From Cetorhinus maximus (lineage: Eukaryota), in the NCBI RefSeq assembly GCF_964194155.1, contig NC_135909.1:9920001-9984000 (forward strand): DNA of 64,000 nt, given 5' to 3'. Numbering within the stretch: the stretch's first letter is position 1; every line of letters starts with the position of its first letter. Both the position numbers and the translations under genes were made by a program. Below the pieces are notes generated by a model. That model did not search any database. It was not told the origin of the DNA and saw only the letters and a list, made by a program, of their open reading frames with translations. Positions 25,412-36,970 of the stretch are shown here, in pieces.

Positions 25412-26379
25412 TGGCTCTTCACTGTACTTGAAGCTTTTGTCTGGGCACAAAGTTCATTGTGTCTGGATTCCACCGAAATGTTGAATTTCAAAACCATGAT
25501 GAAAGTCATCTCTTCCGATTTTCCGGTTCAGTTTTCATTTTACATTGGAACAATGTTTCAGCGATGTGGGGTATCTACTGTTTTTGCAATTGTTCCATTA
25601 CCCAGTATGAGAAGTAAAACACAAAGTGTCCATCATGGGGTTTAAATCCGCAGCCGCTTCCGTCCATATAGCTGCTTAGTTCCGTTAGCTGGAGTTGGTT
25701 GTGTAAACTATAATCGCCCGACTTTATTTTATCCATAAGTCAGGAGATTCAAACTCGTCCTTTTAAAGCAGAGCGACAGTGAGTTCAGTTAAAACAAATG
25801 TCTAAAAACAGCAGCAATTTCTTTCTGCTCACGGCATCCAGTTATAGCGACCTGCATTAAACAGCAGGAGCGGAAACCGCAGCCGGACACCCGCCTCTTC
25901 ACATTAACGGGCAGCCTGAATTTCAGTTTTGGGATTTGAGAGAGAGCGGATGTTTTTGTGGAAACTGAAGTCACTTTTCCTGTGAATGCAGCCGGTTAAA
26001 GAGCCCGGACCGGCCTGAGAGTCCCCGAGCCCGGGGTCAGTGGGAGCCTGAGGAGAGGACAGATCCCAGGGAAAGGGAATAAGATTAGAGAGAAGGAAGG
26101 TTATTGCGGGGTTGAGGGGACTGAAGGGTTGGCGACTGGAGGAATAGAAACGGGAGAGAAAATGGAAGGGGTTGTGGGGGACAGCATCTGTCAGAACGAG
26201 GAAGAGAGCGACGGAGGAAAAGAGGGAGGGAGCTAGAGGGAGGGCGGGAATCAGGGGGAACTTGCATTTCGCCAGCACATTTTGCAACCGCAGAAAGATC
26301 CAAAACCTCACAGCCAATGGGTGGGTATTTTGGGCAAGGGGGCTGATGGGGCGTCTTGGTAATTGAGATTCGTGCTTGA

Positions 26380-26580
26380 ATGTGCACAGCAGGATCCCAC
26401 AGGCAGGAACCTGATCAATATTTGGATAACCTGTTTCAGTGATTCTGGATGAGGGATTATTATTGATCCCAGGACTCTGGGTAAAACTCCTATTCTCTTG
26501 CTGTAAATAGCCTGGTTAGATTGTTCACATCCCTCCGAGTGGGGAAGATGGGATCTCGGTTTTAAATGTGGTTTATTACT
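26380..26580 (-). mobile_element. Deu-domain SINE (SacSINE1/AmnSINE1-like) fragment
   Basis: Reverse complement contains ...GTCCTGGG...ATCCCTCA...AACAGGTTATC...TGTGGGATCCTGCTGTGCACA, matching the remembered Deu-SINE core. Confidence 0.65.
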
Positions 26581-27244
26581 GGATAGTGTCATATATCATT
26601 GTTACCCCTCTGTGGGTATTACAGTACATCGTGGTAAACAATTTAACTCTTCGAGAAGGTCAAGGAGTTGGAAACACTGAGAAACTGCTCGTTCTGGCAT
26701 TACTAACTCACGTGGCCTGTGATGATAAAATATAACCTCTTCCAGTCGGTGGAGATGTGATGTCGGCATACCTCAGAATAAAGCTCACACACCACAGCAG
26801 ATGTTGCCCATTGTCTTCAAAGACAGTCGATTGAAGAGTTTCCCTCCTTGTTTCGTTGAACTTCTCAATGTTGTAATGGTGTCTGCTCCATTCCCGGGAC
26901 AAATGTGGGAATCAGAAATCATCACTGCCTCCCTATGTGGATCCGACTGATAAGAGTTGTTATCATTAATTTCTCTCAGCCTCTGACGCCTTATCACATC
27001 CAATCTTTAAAACAAAGCTAACGTTTTCTGATATCAACACTCGAATCGAAATTACTGCAACCTCTCTCTCCCTGCCCTGCTAAAAAGTCCACCTCTTTCA
27101 ACTGTGAGTGTTAATCTCTCATTCTCTGTAACACCTCTCCAAATAACAATCTAGTGCTGCTTCTGCTCTCAGAGTACAATGTCCCCTGTCTTTGCACTAT
27201 TCTGTGAACTATGATTCAGTCAGTTGTTCTCAAGTTTTTACAGG

Positions 27245-27540
27245 CAGAGGGTTGTGAGTTCAAAATCTCTCCAGAATTCTGAGCAGAAAGTCTGGCTGAC
27301 ACTTCAGTGCCGCGCTGAGCCAAAGTTTCACTGTTACAGTTGCCAGTTTTGAGATGCTAAGGCAAACTGAGGTGCCATCTGCCTTCACATGTAAACTTCC
27401 CATGGCACAATTTCGGACAGTGGCACGGGAGTTATTCCATCGTGTCGGAGCCAACATTTGCCCCTCAATTAACACCACTTCAAAACAGATTATCCTGCCT
27501 TCATCACATTGCTGTTCCTGGAAGCTGGCTGCTGCAAGCC
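27245..27540 (+). mobile_element. Deu-domain SINE (SacSINE1-like)
   Basis: B-box-like GTGAGTTCAAA, GGCTGACACTTCAGTGC, CCCATGGCACAATTT, AAAACAGATTATC...ATCACATTGCTGTT. Confidence 0.75.
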
Positions 27541-27544
27541 TTTA

Positions 27545-27755
27545 ATAATATAGTTCAAAAAACATCGTGATTGAAACGCTGCGAGGAAAAGACAAGGCGT
27601 TAATGAGAACTCTGCTGAGAGAGCTCCATTGGACAGAAAATCGGGCGAAGAATACGAGGCATCGACACCAGAGAACCAATCAACGTCAAAACTGAATAAC
27701 TCCTGTGAAATAAATGAGTAAAAGCTGAGAGCTCCGAGCACCATCAGTTCATCAC
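27545..27755 (+). repeat. Local duplication (partner 48990-49205)
   Basis: TAGTTCAAAAA...GAGAACTCTGCTGAGA...ATCGACACCAG...GAGTAAAAGCTGAGAGCTCCG...CACCATCAG is shared. Confidence 0.85.
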
Positions 27756-27879
27756 CCAGAGACACTCACAAAAGAATTTAGTCTCCTGTCTTAGACGGTA
27801 CCTCGTGGCTGAGAATGACTTCCTTCCACTCCGGGGCTGTGGGTTCTGAGGTGACTCCACACACTCTGCCATAGTTCCC

Positions 27880-30230
27880 GAGGGGAGTGTGAAAGCCTTT
27901 CACTGAGTTTCAAGGTTGCAAATCTGATCTTGGAGGTATCGGTGCTGTGTTCCCTGGAGGCGGGGTTCTCATTCTTAATGCAAAAATCTGACATCAAGGA
28001 TGGGTTGTTCATTACCAAATAAAAAATCTGGAGATGTAGGACGTTAGAATCCGCTCATCTCTGATGCACTTTTATTCATTTTTGTTTCCTGTAATAAACA
28101 AGTGGTGTGTAGCTGTCCATTAAAAATAACAAACAGTGTTCGGAAGATTCTGGCCAGTACCTTCAGGATTTCCGCTGTTGCATCCGACAGCATCGTCAGC
28201 TGCATCACATCTGGACCTCGTGACTTATTAACATTCATTGCAGCCAATCCTGCTCGGGCCTCTTCTTTCACAAGATTTATGGGAACAACAAAAACATTTG
28301 CAAATTGTCGATGGAAAAATAGAGAACCTTTCTTGAAGATGGTTTCAAGAGGCCTTTGTGGTAAAGATGTAGAGTTAGCGGAAACAAAAGTAGCAATAAG
28401 TGGAATGGAGGGTTGTCCGTGAATTGATTGCAGATTTTCACGAAGGTTTATTTCGAGAGATTTTAAGTCTATTTCCTCTACATCTTTTAGGAAATTAACA
28501 TTGAAAAAGCTCAATCGTGATCGAAAATGTATTGTAATCTTAGTTTATCTAAATAATGCAGATAGACGTAATTCAAAGAATTGGAGGCATATCAGATTAT
28601 AATGTGGATTATAAAATCCTGGTGAGGGCTAGGGACAAGTTTTAGGAAAGACGGCAAGGCCTTGCAGAGTGTACAGTGGGGATTTACTGGAATGGTATCA
28701 GCGGTGAGGGATTCCGGATGTGGATGGACAAAGAAACAACAACTAGGGATGTTCTTCTTACAACAGAGAGTGTTAAGGGGAGATTTAGTGCAGGTATTTA
28801 AATTGATCCCAGGCATATGTTTTTCTTATACACATTATTCCATATTTTTCCATTGCCTGAATGTTAGGTAACCAATGAACAAATTCAACATAATCAGCAG
28901 AGTTTTGCTTTTGTCCGAAATAAATTTGTCAGGAAATGTTTCACGTTTGTAAATTAAAACCAATCCTTGACCTGATGTGATGGAAGGTTATTTTGCTCAC
29001 AGAAGCTGAATGTCCAACATTGCACACCTGCCTGCCTATTCAGAACCTTCTTGTCAACGTTCCTGGATGGAAAAAGAGTATAAGACTGTGTTCTGAAACT
29101 CAGACAGGTGACGAGGTGATAGAGAGTTTAAGGTGAAGGACCGATGATCCATTCTGATTTGGATCCTTGTTGCTAGTTTGTGGATATTATCAATTAATTG
29201 ATTCTTCCTGTTTGCTAACATTTTGAATCAAATAGGCCTGGAATCCTATCCTTGTTAATATCTCACTGGAGATTCCGGGTCTGTTCAGGCCATAAAAACA
29301 CTGAGATTGAGAGTTACAGTTTTGCACTCAAATTTTACTGAAATGATGATAAAATAGGATTCATGAAAGGCAGCAAGATATTTTCCTCCCTCCCTTCCAT
29401 TCTCTGGATTTACACCAGCTGAAAGCAACAGAAGGAAATAATGGTGATGGAGCAGAAAAACAAGATTATCATTAGGGAACACATTTAATTTAGTATTTAC
29501 TTGATAAGTTAAGTGAGTGAGCAAGTTTTAGCAAAATAAGATTAAATTTAGGGCCCTTTGAAATAAACATATGATACTTAGAGCAGGGTGTTATTTTTGT
29601 GGTGAGATGGTAACATCTGTGGAAGAACAGGGAGCCATGTACAGACATCATTACAAGCTATTGGACAGGAAGGTGAAAAAAAACATGGCTAATAGAATAC
29701 AACTGATTAAACTCATTCTACAGTTATGTAAGATACTGTTTAGACCCCATTCAGATCATTGCGATGAATTCTGGACAACAAAACTTGAGGAAGAGTGAGA
29801 GGTGGGTGCAGCTGTGTTGCCACACTCAAATGGTGAGGACAGATTGCAAAACCTAGTCTTGTAATGCCTTGAAATTCGAAGATTAAGGGGTAATCTGCCT
29901 GAAATGTTTATGATGATTCAATGATTTGACAGGGTAGATAAGTAGAGAACATGACGTCTGTTGGGGGGAAGCCAGGCCAAAGGTACACAACATTAAAATT
30001 AGAACGAGAGAGATAGATTGAGCTAAAATACAGGCCAGTCGTGAGTTCATTAAAAGGCAGGGCAGGCATGAGGGAAGAATAGTTTACTTCTGTTCCTATG
30101 TTTCAATTTTCATAATCTTGGACTGAACAGGTTTTCAAATTATCACCCAGTCTGTACACGTTGCTTCTTAAAGTTAATTATTCCACCCCCTTTTCAGAAA
30201 GTAAAACTTAATCTGGAGGGAACTGAAACC
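27880..30230 (+). repeat. Local segmental duplication, copy B (contains Ser pseudogene)
   Basis: Collinear with 44805-47395 throughout, ending at ATCTGGAGGGAACTGAAAC in both copies. Confidence 0.9.
29110..29172 (+). pseudogene. tRNA-Ser(GCT) pseudogene, internally deleted
   Basis: GACGAGGTGATAGAGAGTTTAAGGTGAAGGACCGATGATCCATT... resembles 19490-19571; upstream flank is also homologous. Confidence 0.7.
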
Positions 30231-31487
30231 TGTGATGAACCCAAAAAGGACCAAGCTAAAATTTATCTTTCAAAATGGAGATCGAGCCCTCGGAGACTGA
30301 GAACTACAGTTCCCAGGGGGTCGCATAGTCTAGTTCTGAAATGGTCACACATGCGCAGGTTGTTCTTTTAGCGACGTTGTAGGCATTGCGCATGTGCTGG
30401 TCGGCTCATTTTCTCGACTTCAGGCCGAGACACGGCCTTGCACACATGCGCAATTCGTTTCCTTTTTTCCAGGTTGGAAGTTACTTCTACGCCTGCGCAG
30501 AAGTAAAAGAAGGTCCAAAAGCAAAACAGCGTGAAAAGGGGCGCAGGTGACTGAGAAGAGAGTTCCATTCTGATAAAAAAAGTGCCAGAAAAAGCTGGAC
30601 AGAGAGGAGGTACATGGAGTAGGTCCCAAAACAAAGGAGCAGTCCCAAACCAGGGACTGGTACAGAAAGAGGTCTCAGGAAGTTGAAGGATGAGGACAGG
30701 AATCTGAAACAGATCCTGTTCAGTGAAGATTGAGGAGCAGAGTCAGAGCCGCGCGGAGCAGACTTAGAACGAGCTGGGACTTGCAAGAAGCCAGAAAATC
30801 TGCGTAGACAGCCAAAGGTTGACCCTTATTATGGACCTTTGCAGCAATGTTGTTCTGTTTGGCGGGGCCTAATACCGGATAGTGTCCGTGTGGAAGGTGA
30901 AGTTTGAATGTGCGGATAGATCCAGGAGAAAAGAACCTTGGAAAGAGAGGCTGAAACCCTGGAGGTGGATCCTTCTTGAAGGTATCTGAGAGAAAGCGTC
31001 GTTTGGGAAAGAATACCAAAGCGAGATCTTCGAATGTGAAGATTGGAAACCCTTGTCAGAAAGACAGAGTTTCATTGAGACCAGTTGCCTCACAGTCCGA
31101 TGAGCAACTGGGGGATTAATGAGAAATCCCTCGAAACTTGGTTTCGGAGTGTGGTATGTCCGACTGCAGCTCACTCATTCAGCTACATGGACTGTACACT
31201 TGCCGCGAACGTTAGAGCATAAGATATTTTTGTAGTTTCTGTTATCTTTATGAATTTGTGTATATCAGTTAAGGTATAGTTTGGATGAAGGATCGGTGTA
31301 ACGTACTTTGCCTTTCCTTCCTTAATAAATGTTTTATTATTGTGTTATAATTTCATCAGCAGACTCCTGTGATTCTGTTCAGTAACGATCCTTCACGTTT
31401 CTTAGCAAAAAACGTATACGATCTATCATATAAGGTTCCACCCTGGATCTGACTTACCCAGCAGTAACATCAGCTGGGATCGTAACG
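30231..31487 (+). mobile_element. Solo-LTR-like insertion
   Basis: Begins TGTGATGA exactly where homology to copy C stops; ends ...GGGATCGTAAC (imperfect terminal inverted repeat); AATAAA at 31324; no clear TSD. Confidence 0.6.
30302..30500. promoter_or_regulatory. Promoter-like segment with ZNF143/Staf-type and NRF1-like motifs
   Basis: ACTACAGTTCCCAG at 30303; CACATGCGCA twice; TGCGCATGTGC; CpG-rich. Confidence 0.45.
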
Positions 31488-31579
31488 TTTGTCGTGATAA
31501 GAGAAAAAAGACCCAACCTGTCACTCCTTCCGTCTCTGTCCACCAGGAATTTCTTTATTTCTTAATTATACTTCTTTGC

Positions 31580-31908
31580 ATGAGATGTGGGCGTCGCCTG
31601 CAGGGCCAGCATTTTTTTGCTTTTCCCTATTTGCCCTTGAACTGTGTGGCTTCCTCGGCTAATTCAGAGAGCAGTTAAGGGAATAATATTGCTGTGGGTG
31701 GGGAGTTACATGCGGGCCAGACACCGACAGGGCGGCAGACTTCTGTATCTCAAGCGCTTTGATGAAATAGATTTGTTTTGAGAACAATTGACTATAGTTT
31801 TATGGTCGCCATTACTAATATGAGATCACAATTCCATATTTACTACCTAATTGAGTTTGAATTCCATCAGCTACCATCACGGGATTTAAACACGTGTCCA
31901 CTGAGATT
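31580..31908 (-). mobile_element. tRNA-derived SINE sharing its 3' tail with the second LINE family
   Basis: B-box-like GTGTTTAAATCCC on the minus strand near 31880-31893; tail ...AAATGCTGGCCCTGCAGGCGACGCCCACATCTCATG. Confidence 0.65.
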
Positions 31909-31909
31909 A

Positions 31910-32645
31910 GAAACAAAAATAAAAATAGCTGGAAAAACTCAGCAACTCTGACAGCATCTGCTGAGAGGAACACAATTAACGCCTCGAGTCCGAATGACTC
32001 TTCAGCAGAACTAAAGAAATATAGAAATGTGGTGAAACATAAGCTGGTTGACGGGGGGTGGGACAGGTGGAGCTGGATAGAGGGCCAGTGATAGGTGGAG
32101 GCAAAGAAGAGATTGCCAAAGATGTCATAGACAAAAGGACAAAGTGGTGTTAACGGTGCTGATATTATCTAAGGAGTGTGCTAATGGTGACATTAAGGGT
32201 AGAAAGCAGGATAAACAAGCGGCAGATAGCCCCAGCGGGGGTGTGGTGGTGCTAAGGTATCCAAATGGGCTAAAAGGTGGAGATAAAACGATTGATCGAA
32301 ATAAATTTAAAACTAGGTGGGAAAATAAAAATATATTTTAAAAATATAAATTTGGAAAAAGGAGGATCGGAAAGGGGGTGAGGATAGAGGAGAGAGTTCA
32401 TGATCTGAATTTGTTGAACGCAACATTAAGTCTGGAAGGTTGTAGAGTGCCTAATCGGAAGATGAGGTGCTGTTCCTCCAGTTTGCGTTGAGCTTCACTG
32501 GAACATTGCAGCAGGCCAAGGACCGACATGTGGGCTTGAGAGCAGGGTGGTGTGTTGAAATAGCAAGCGGCAGGGAGGTCTGGGTCATGCTTGCGGACAT
32601 ACCGAAGGTTTCAGATTTCCAGCATCCGCAGTATTTTGCTTTTGT
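31910..32645 (-). mobile_element. Penelope-like 3' fragment with inverted terminal piece
   Basis: Minus strand encodes LLQCSSEAQRKLEEQHLIFRLG plus 3' UTR; 32610-32645 is the terminal repeat in + orientation. Confidence 0.85.
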
Positions 32646-32972
32646 CCATGGAGATTAATCTGGGCTTCAAGATGAGGAACAGAGTGACATTGTGGTCCAT
32701 CCCTGTTGTACACCAAAGCAGCGCGTTTAGCTTATGTTTGAGCCGCTTCACGGAGAGATTGGAATTTTTTCCAAAGCATTTTATTAAACCCATGAAATGG
32801 GTTGAGGCAAAGCCTTTTGTTCCAGTTGGAAACAAAATACAAAGATTGTACAAAATAACAAGACACTGCATTCTGAGAAAGAGCTCTGAAATGTTTGGGA
32901 AAAGAAGCAGAATCTTCAACTAACGAGGAAGACCACGGTTTTCAGAAAGTTCCAATCGATTTCTGTATAAAG

Positions 32973-33058
32973 CGACCGCAGGAGGACTCGAACCTGTAAT
33001 CTTCTGATAGCATTACGCACACCGAAGTCAAAAGACTTAACCATTAGGCCACGCGGTC
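32973..33058 (-). tRNA. tRNA-Arg-TCG: tRNA-Arg(TCG) with 13-nt intron (33009-33021); probably decaying
   Basis: Sense GACCGCGTGGCCTAATGGTTAAGTCTTTTGACTTCGG[TGTGCGTAATGCT]ATCAGAAGATTACAGGTTCGAGTCCTCCTGCGGTCG; one D-stem and two T-stem mismatches. Confidence 0.75.
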
Positions 33059-33289
33059 ATTACACGGCCTAGTAAAACCGATACTGGTCCCATATGAATA
33101 AATATGTGATTGTATTTATTCCATAAATTCCAGAAATTAATCCACAGAACATTTAAACCACTCATTGAAGAAAGTCCTTTTTTCCATTTAACGAGTAATT
33201 TGATCGAATTTTCCGTCATGTTAAGGCGATAGCATCAGAGAGCGAAACTATTTCCGATGGCTGGGAATCCAGGAATCGTGCACGACAAT

Positions 33290-33950
33290 GAAACTAAAAT
33301 GCTGTAGGTGCTGGAAACTTGAAATAAAAACTTCTTCAAAAGCTCAGCAGGCCAGGCAGCATCTGTGGAGAGAGAAAAGTTTCGGCTCCGTTTGACTCTT
33401 CTTCAGAGCTGAAGAGAGGTAGAAATGTGATGGATTTTATACTGTGGAAGAGAGCGGGTGGAGCAATGGTGCAAAACAGAAGGTGAGGGATAGTGGGGAC
33501 CTCAGCAGAGACTTGACAAGGATATCATGGTCACAAGACAAGGGGAGTGTTAAAGGAAGTGTTAAAGACTATAGTAAATGCTAATATGGGGCATAAAGGT
33601 AAGATTACAGAACGTGTTAACAGCAGAACAAGGGTCAGCGCTCTCCGAAGGCAAATATGAGAACAGGTAACAGATGACCATGTAGGGGGAGGTGGTTAGA
33701 ATTCATGGTCTTTGAACTCAATGTTAAGTCCTGAAGGCTGTAAATTGCCTTGCCAGTAGATGAGATGCTGTTCCTCCCATTTGCGTTGGGCTTCACTGGA
33801 GCATTGCAGCAGGCCACAGCGGAAATGTGAGCCTGAGAGCAAGATGGTAATTTGAAATGGCAAGTGACCGGAAGGCGGGGTCATGCTTGCGGACTGAGCA
33901 ACAATGTTCCGTAAAATGGTCACCCAGTCTGCGATTAGTCTCCACAATGC
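33290..33950 (-). mobile_element. Penelope-like 3' fragment (older subfamily)
   Basis: GLLQCSSEAQRKWEEQHLIY on the minus strand; terminal CTGAAGAAGAGTC...GAAAC motif at 33378-33410. Confidence 0.8.
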
Positions 33951-33959
33951 CGATGACCC

Positions 33960-34290
33960 AAATGCCATCTGAAAATCTAAATATAGTACATCCAATATTT
34001 CCCTTTATTCACAGTAAAGAAATTTAACAAACTGGTTAAAAATGATTCCTCTTTTCCCAAAACCATGTTGATCCTGCTGATTGCCTTGAATTCATCTAAG
34101 TGCCTTGTTATAACGTTTTTAATATTAGCTTCTAAAAATTTCACTACGATGGATGTTAAGCGAACTGGCAAATTGTTTCCTGCTTTCTGCCTCCCGGCCT
34201 TTTTGAATACAGGTGTTAAATGAACTATTTTACAACTTAATGTAGCCTTCCCCGAATCTAGAGAATTTTGGAAAATTAAAACCAACTCTT
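33960..34290 (-). mobile_element. CR1 RT fragment
   Basis: IFQNSLDSG...FKKAGRQKAGNNLPVRLTS; DVLYLDFQMAF. Confidence 0.8.
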
Positions 34291-35169
34291 CAACTACATT
34301 ACCAGGTATTTGTTGAAAATGTTGTTTCTGTCGGTAAATTACATTTCCATCACATCAGGTCACGGATTTTAATGAATGGGCTGATGTGAAACACTGCAAG
34401 TCCATGTGCAACATGTTTCGTCACATTGTAAATAAAACATCGCGGAATAACCGGAAGATCCAATCATTGGATCGCATCAACATGACCATCACACAGACGC
34501 CTTAAACATTAAGCCATTTTCGAAGTAATGCGTCTTTTAATATGTTTTAAAATGCCAACTGACAGTACGAATTGATTTAATTCCACATGATTGGCGAGGT
34601 GCAGCCTCAAGCCGACGAGGCGGATGGTGCTGCTGATCTTCACCAGAACAGACAGTTAGACGGAACATTCATCATCAACCAGACCGTGAGAGAATTCAAC
34701 AAAATAAAACGTGCGGAAAAACAATGAGAAATAACAAATCAATTCGATTGGAATGTAAAATATCGTTTAGAAATGAGGAACCATCGATGGAAAAGGAAAG
34801 TAAATTGGAATTCCCGTTATTTTATAGACCCGGGAGAGAAAAGAGGAACGGAGGGAAAAAATGTCGAAAGGAAGAAAAGAAATGATGGAGCTGCTCCCTT
34901 GTTTTCTGTTTGTCCGGTCGCCAATCAATACTGAATTAAAACATGTAAAAAAAACTGGGTGAATTTAACGGAAAGTGATTTTAATCGCTGCCCGATTGCG
35001 CCTGGACTCTCCAATTGGATTTGTTGGACATCGCTGGACTTGAGCTCCAGAACTCGCTGCCCCCGCATCCCGCCCGTCCCCCCCCTCCCCCTACAGCCTT
35101 GCTGCTTCAGTAAAGAGACAGAAGAAGCATCTACACGTCAATGTGCACACAAATTCCGAGGCATGTTCT

Positions 35170-36970
35170 GTCCAGAAGAAGCAGGACAAATCCAACCCAG
35201 CCTAATACTGCTCCATTAGTTTATTCTTCATCATGAACAAAGTGATGAAAAGTGTCGTTGACCGTGCTATCACCACTTACTGCACTTACCCAGCAAAACC
35301 TGCTCACTGACTCCCAGTTTGGGTTCCGTCTGGGCCACTCAGCTACTGAAATCATTGCAGCCTTTGTCCACACATGGACACAAGAGCTGAACTCAAGAGG
35401 TGAGGTGAGAGTGACTGCCGTTGACATCAACGCAGCATTTGACCCAGTGTGGCAACAAGGAGCCCTAGCGAAACTGAAATCAATGGGAATCAGCTGGACA
35501 ACTCCCCATGACGTGGAGTCAGGCCTAAAAGAAAGGAAGGTGGTTGTGGCTGTTGTAGGACACTCAGCTCAGTTGCAGGACATCACTGAGGGAGTTCTTC
35601 AGAGGAATGCCATTGGCCCAACAATCTTCAGTTGCTTCATCAATGAACTTCCCTCCATCATAAGGTTAGAAGTGGGGATGTTGGTGGATGTTGTGCAAAG
35701 TTCAGCACCATTCATTCATCAGATAGTGAAGCAGTCCGGACATATACAGCAATACCTAGACAATATTCAGGCTTGGGCTGATAAGTGGAAGATAACATTC
35801 GTGCTATTAATTTTAGGAAATGACCATCCACGACAAGAAGTAATCTAATCATCAGTTCTTGACATTCAATGGCAGTTCTGCCTCAGAATCTCCCACTATC
35901 AACACACTGGGGGCTACCATTGACCAGGAATCGAACGGCACCATCCATTTGAATACTGTGGCTGCAAGATCAGAGGTCAGAGGCTGCGAATTCTGTTGAG
36001 TAACTCACCTCCTAACTCCCCAAAGCTGCTCCACCATCTTGAAGGCACAAGTCGGGAGTGTGACGGAATGCTCTCAACTTGCCTGGATGAGTGCAGCTCC
36101 AACAGCACTCAAGAAGCTAGATACCACCCAGGGCAAAGCCACCCGCTTGACTGGCACCTCATTCACCACAATAAACAAGCATTTTTCCCACCACTGACGT
36201 ACAGTGGCAGCAATGTGTACAAGAGGCACTACAGCAACTCACCAAGGCTTCTTCAACAGCACCTTCCAAACGCGCAGCTCGACCACCACGAAGGACAAGG
36301 GCAGCAAAATCATAGGAAGGCCAGCATCTGAAATTTCACCTCCAAGCCACACATTATCCTGAGATAGCACTTTTCCGTGGTTCCTTCACTGTTGCTGGGT
36401 CAAAATCCTGGAATTCCCTCCCAAGCAGCACTGTGGATGTAACTACAACACACTGACTGTAGCTATCACAACAGTATAATAATTCTCATAATGTTAAGCT
36501 TGGAAAAGCCACTTTGAATTCTACTGTTCAGGGTATTATGTTTGACTTGGCTGGATCAGTTTAAATCTATTTTTTAACGCTGCCTTAATGGGGGTATAAC
36601 TGGAAGCCAGGTTAATTAGCGGATTTACAAGTTATTGTAGCAGTAATTTGTAGACCTATGTATGTACTTGAAATATTTTATTTTGCTAATAAATGTTTAA
36701 TTTAGTTTCGAAAACACCTTTAGAGTCTTGGTAGATATAATACTACTGAATTCAGGGCACGCACCTTGAAATAAAATACAAATTGCCAAATCGTTGTGAC
36801 CGAGTGATCAAGTTTCCTTTGTGGATTTGATCCGCTTGGCTCACACCATCTGCCGCGTCACAACAGTAGCGGATTAAGAAGGCAGCACACCCCCATCTTC
36901 TCAAGGGCAATTCAGGATGGGCAAAAAATGCTGGCCTATCCAGCGATGTCAACATCCTATGAACGAATAC
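35170..36970 (+). mobile_element. Second non-LTR LINE family (RT to 3' tail), interrupted by a solo LTR
   Basis: QFGFRLGHSA, DINAAFDPVWQQG, IGPTIFSCFINELP, WADKWKITF; tail split at 36463/36866. Confidence 0.85.
36464..36865 (+). mobile_element. Solo-LTR-like insertion with 5-bp TSD
   Basis: Flanked by GTAGC (36459-36463 and 36866-36870); ends TA...CA; AATAAA at 36688; cleanly interrupts a LINE tail. Confidence 0.75.

Noticed and set aside
25678-25760. Possible intron-bearing tRNA-Tyr relic
   Set aside because: Patchy similarity with no convincing stems
34490-34522. Short minus-strand match to the Arg tRNA D arm (TGGCTTAATGTTTAAGGCGTCTG)
   Set aside because: About 25 nt only; the rest of the cloverleaf is absent
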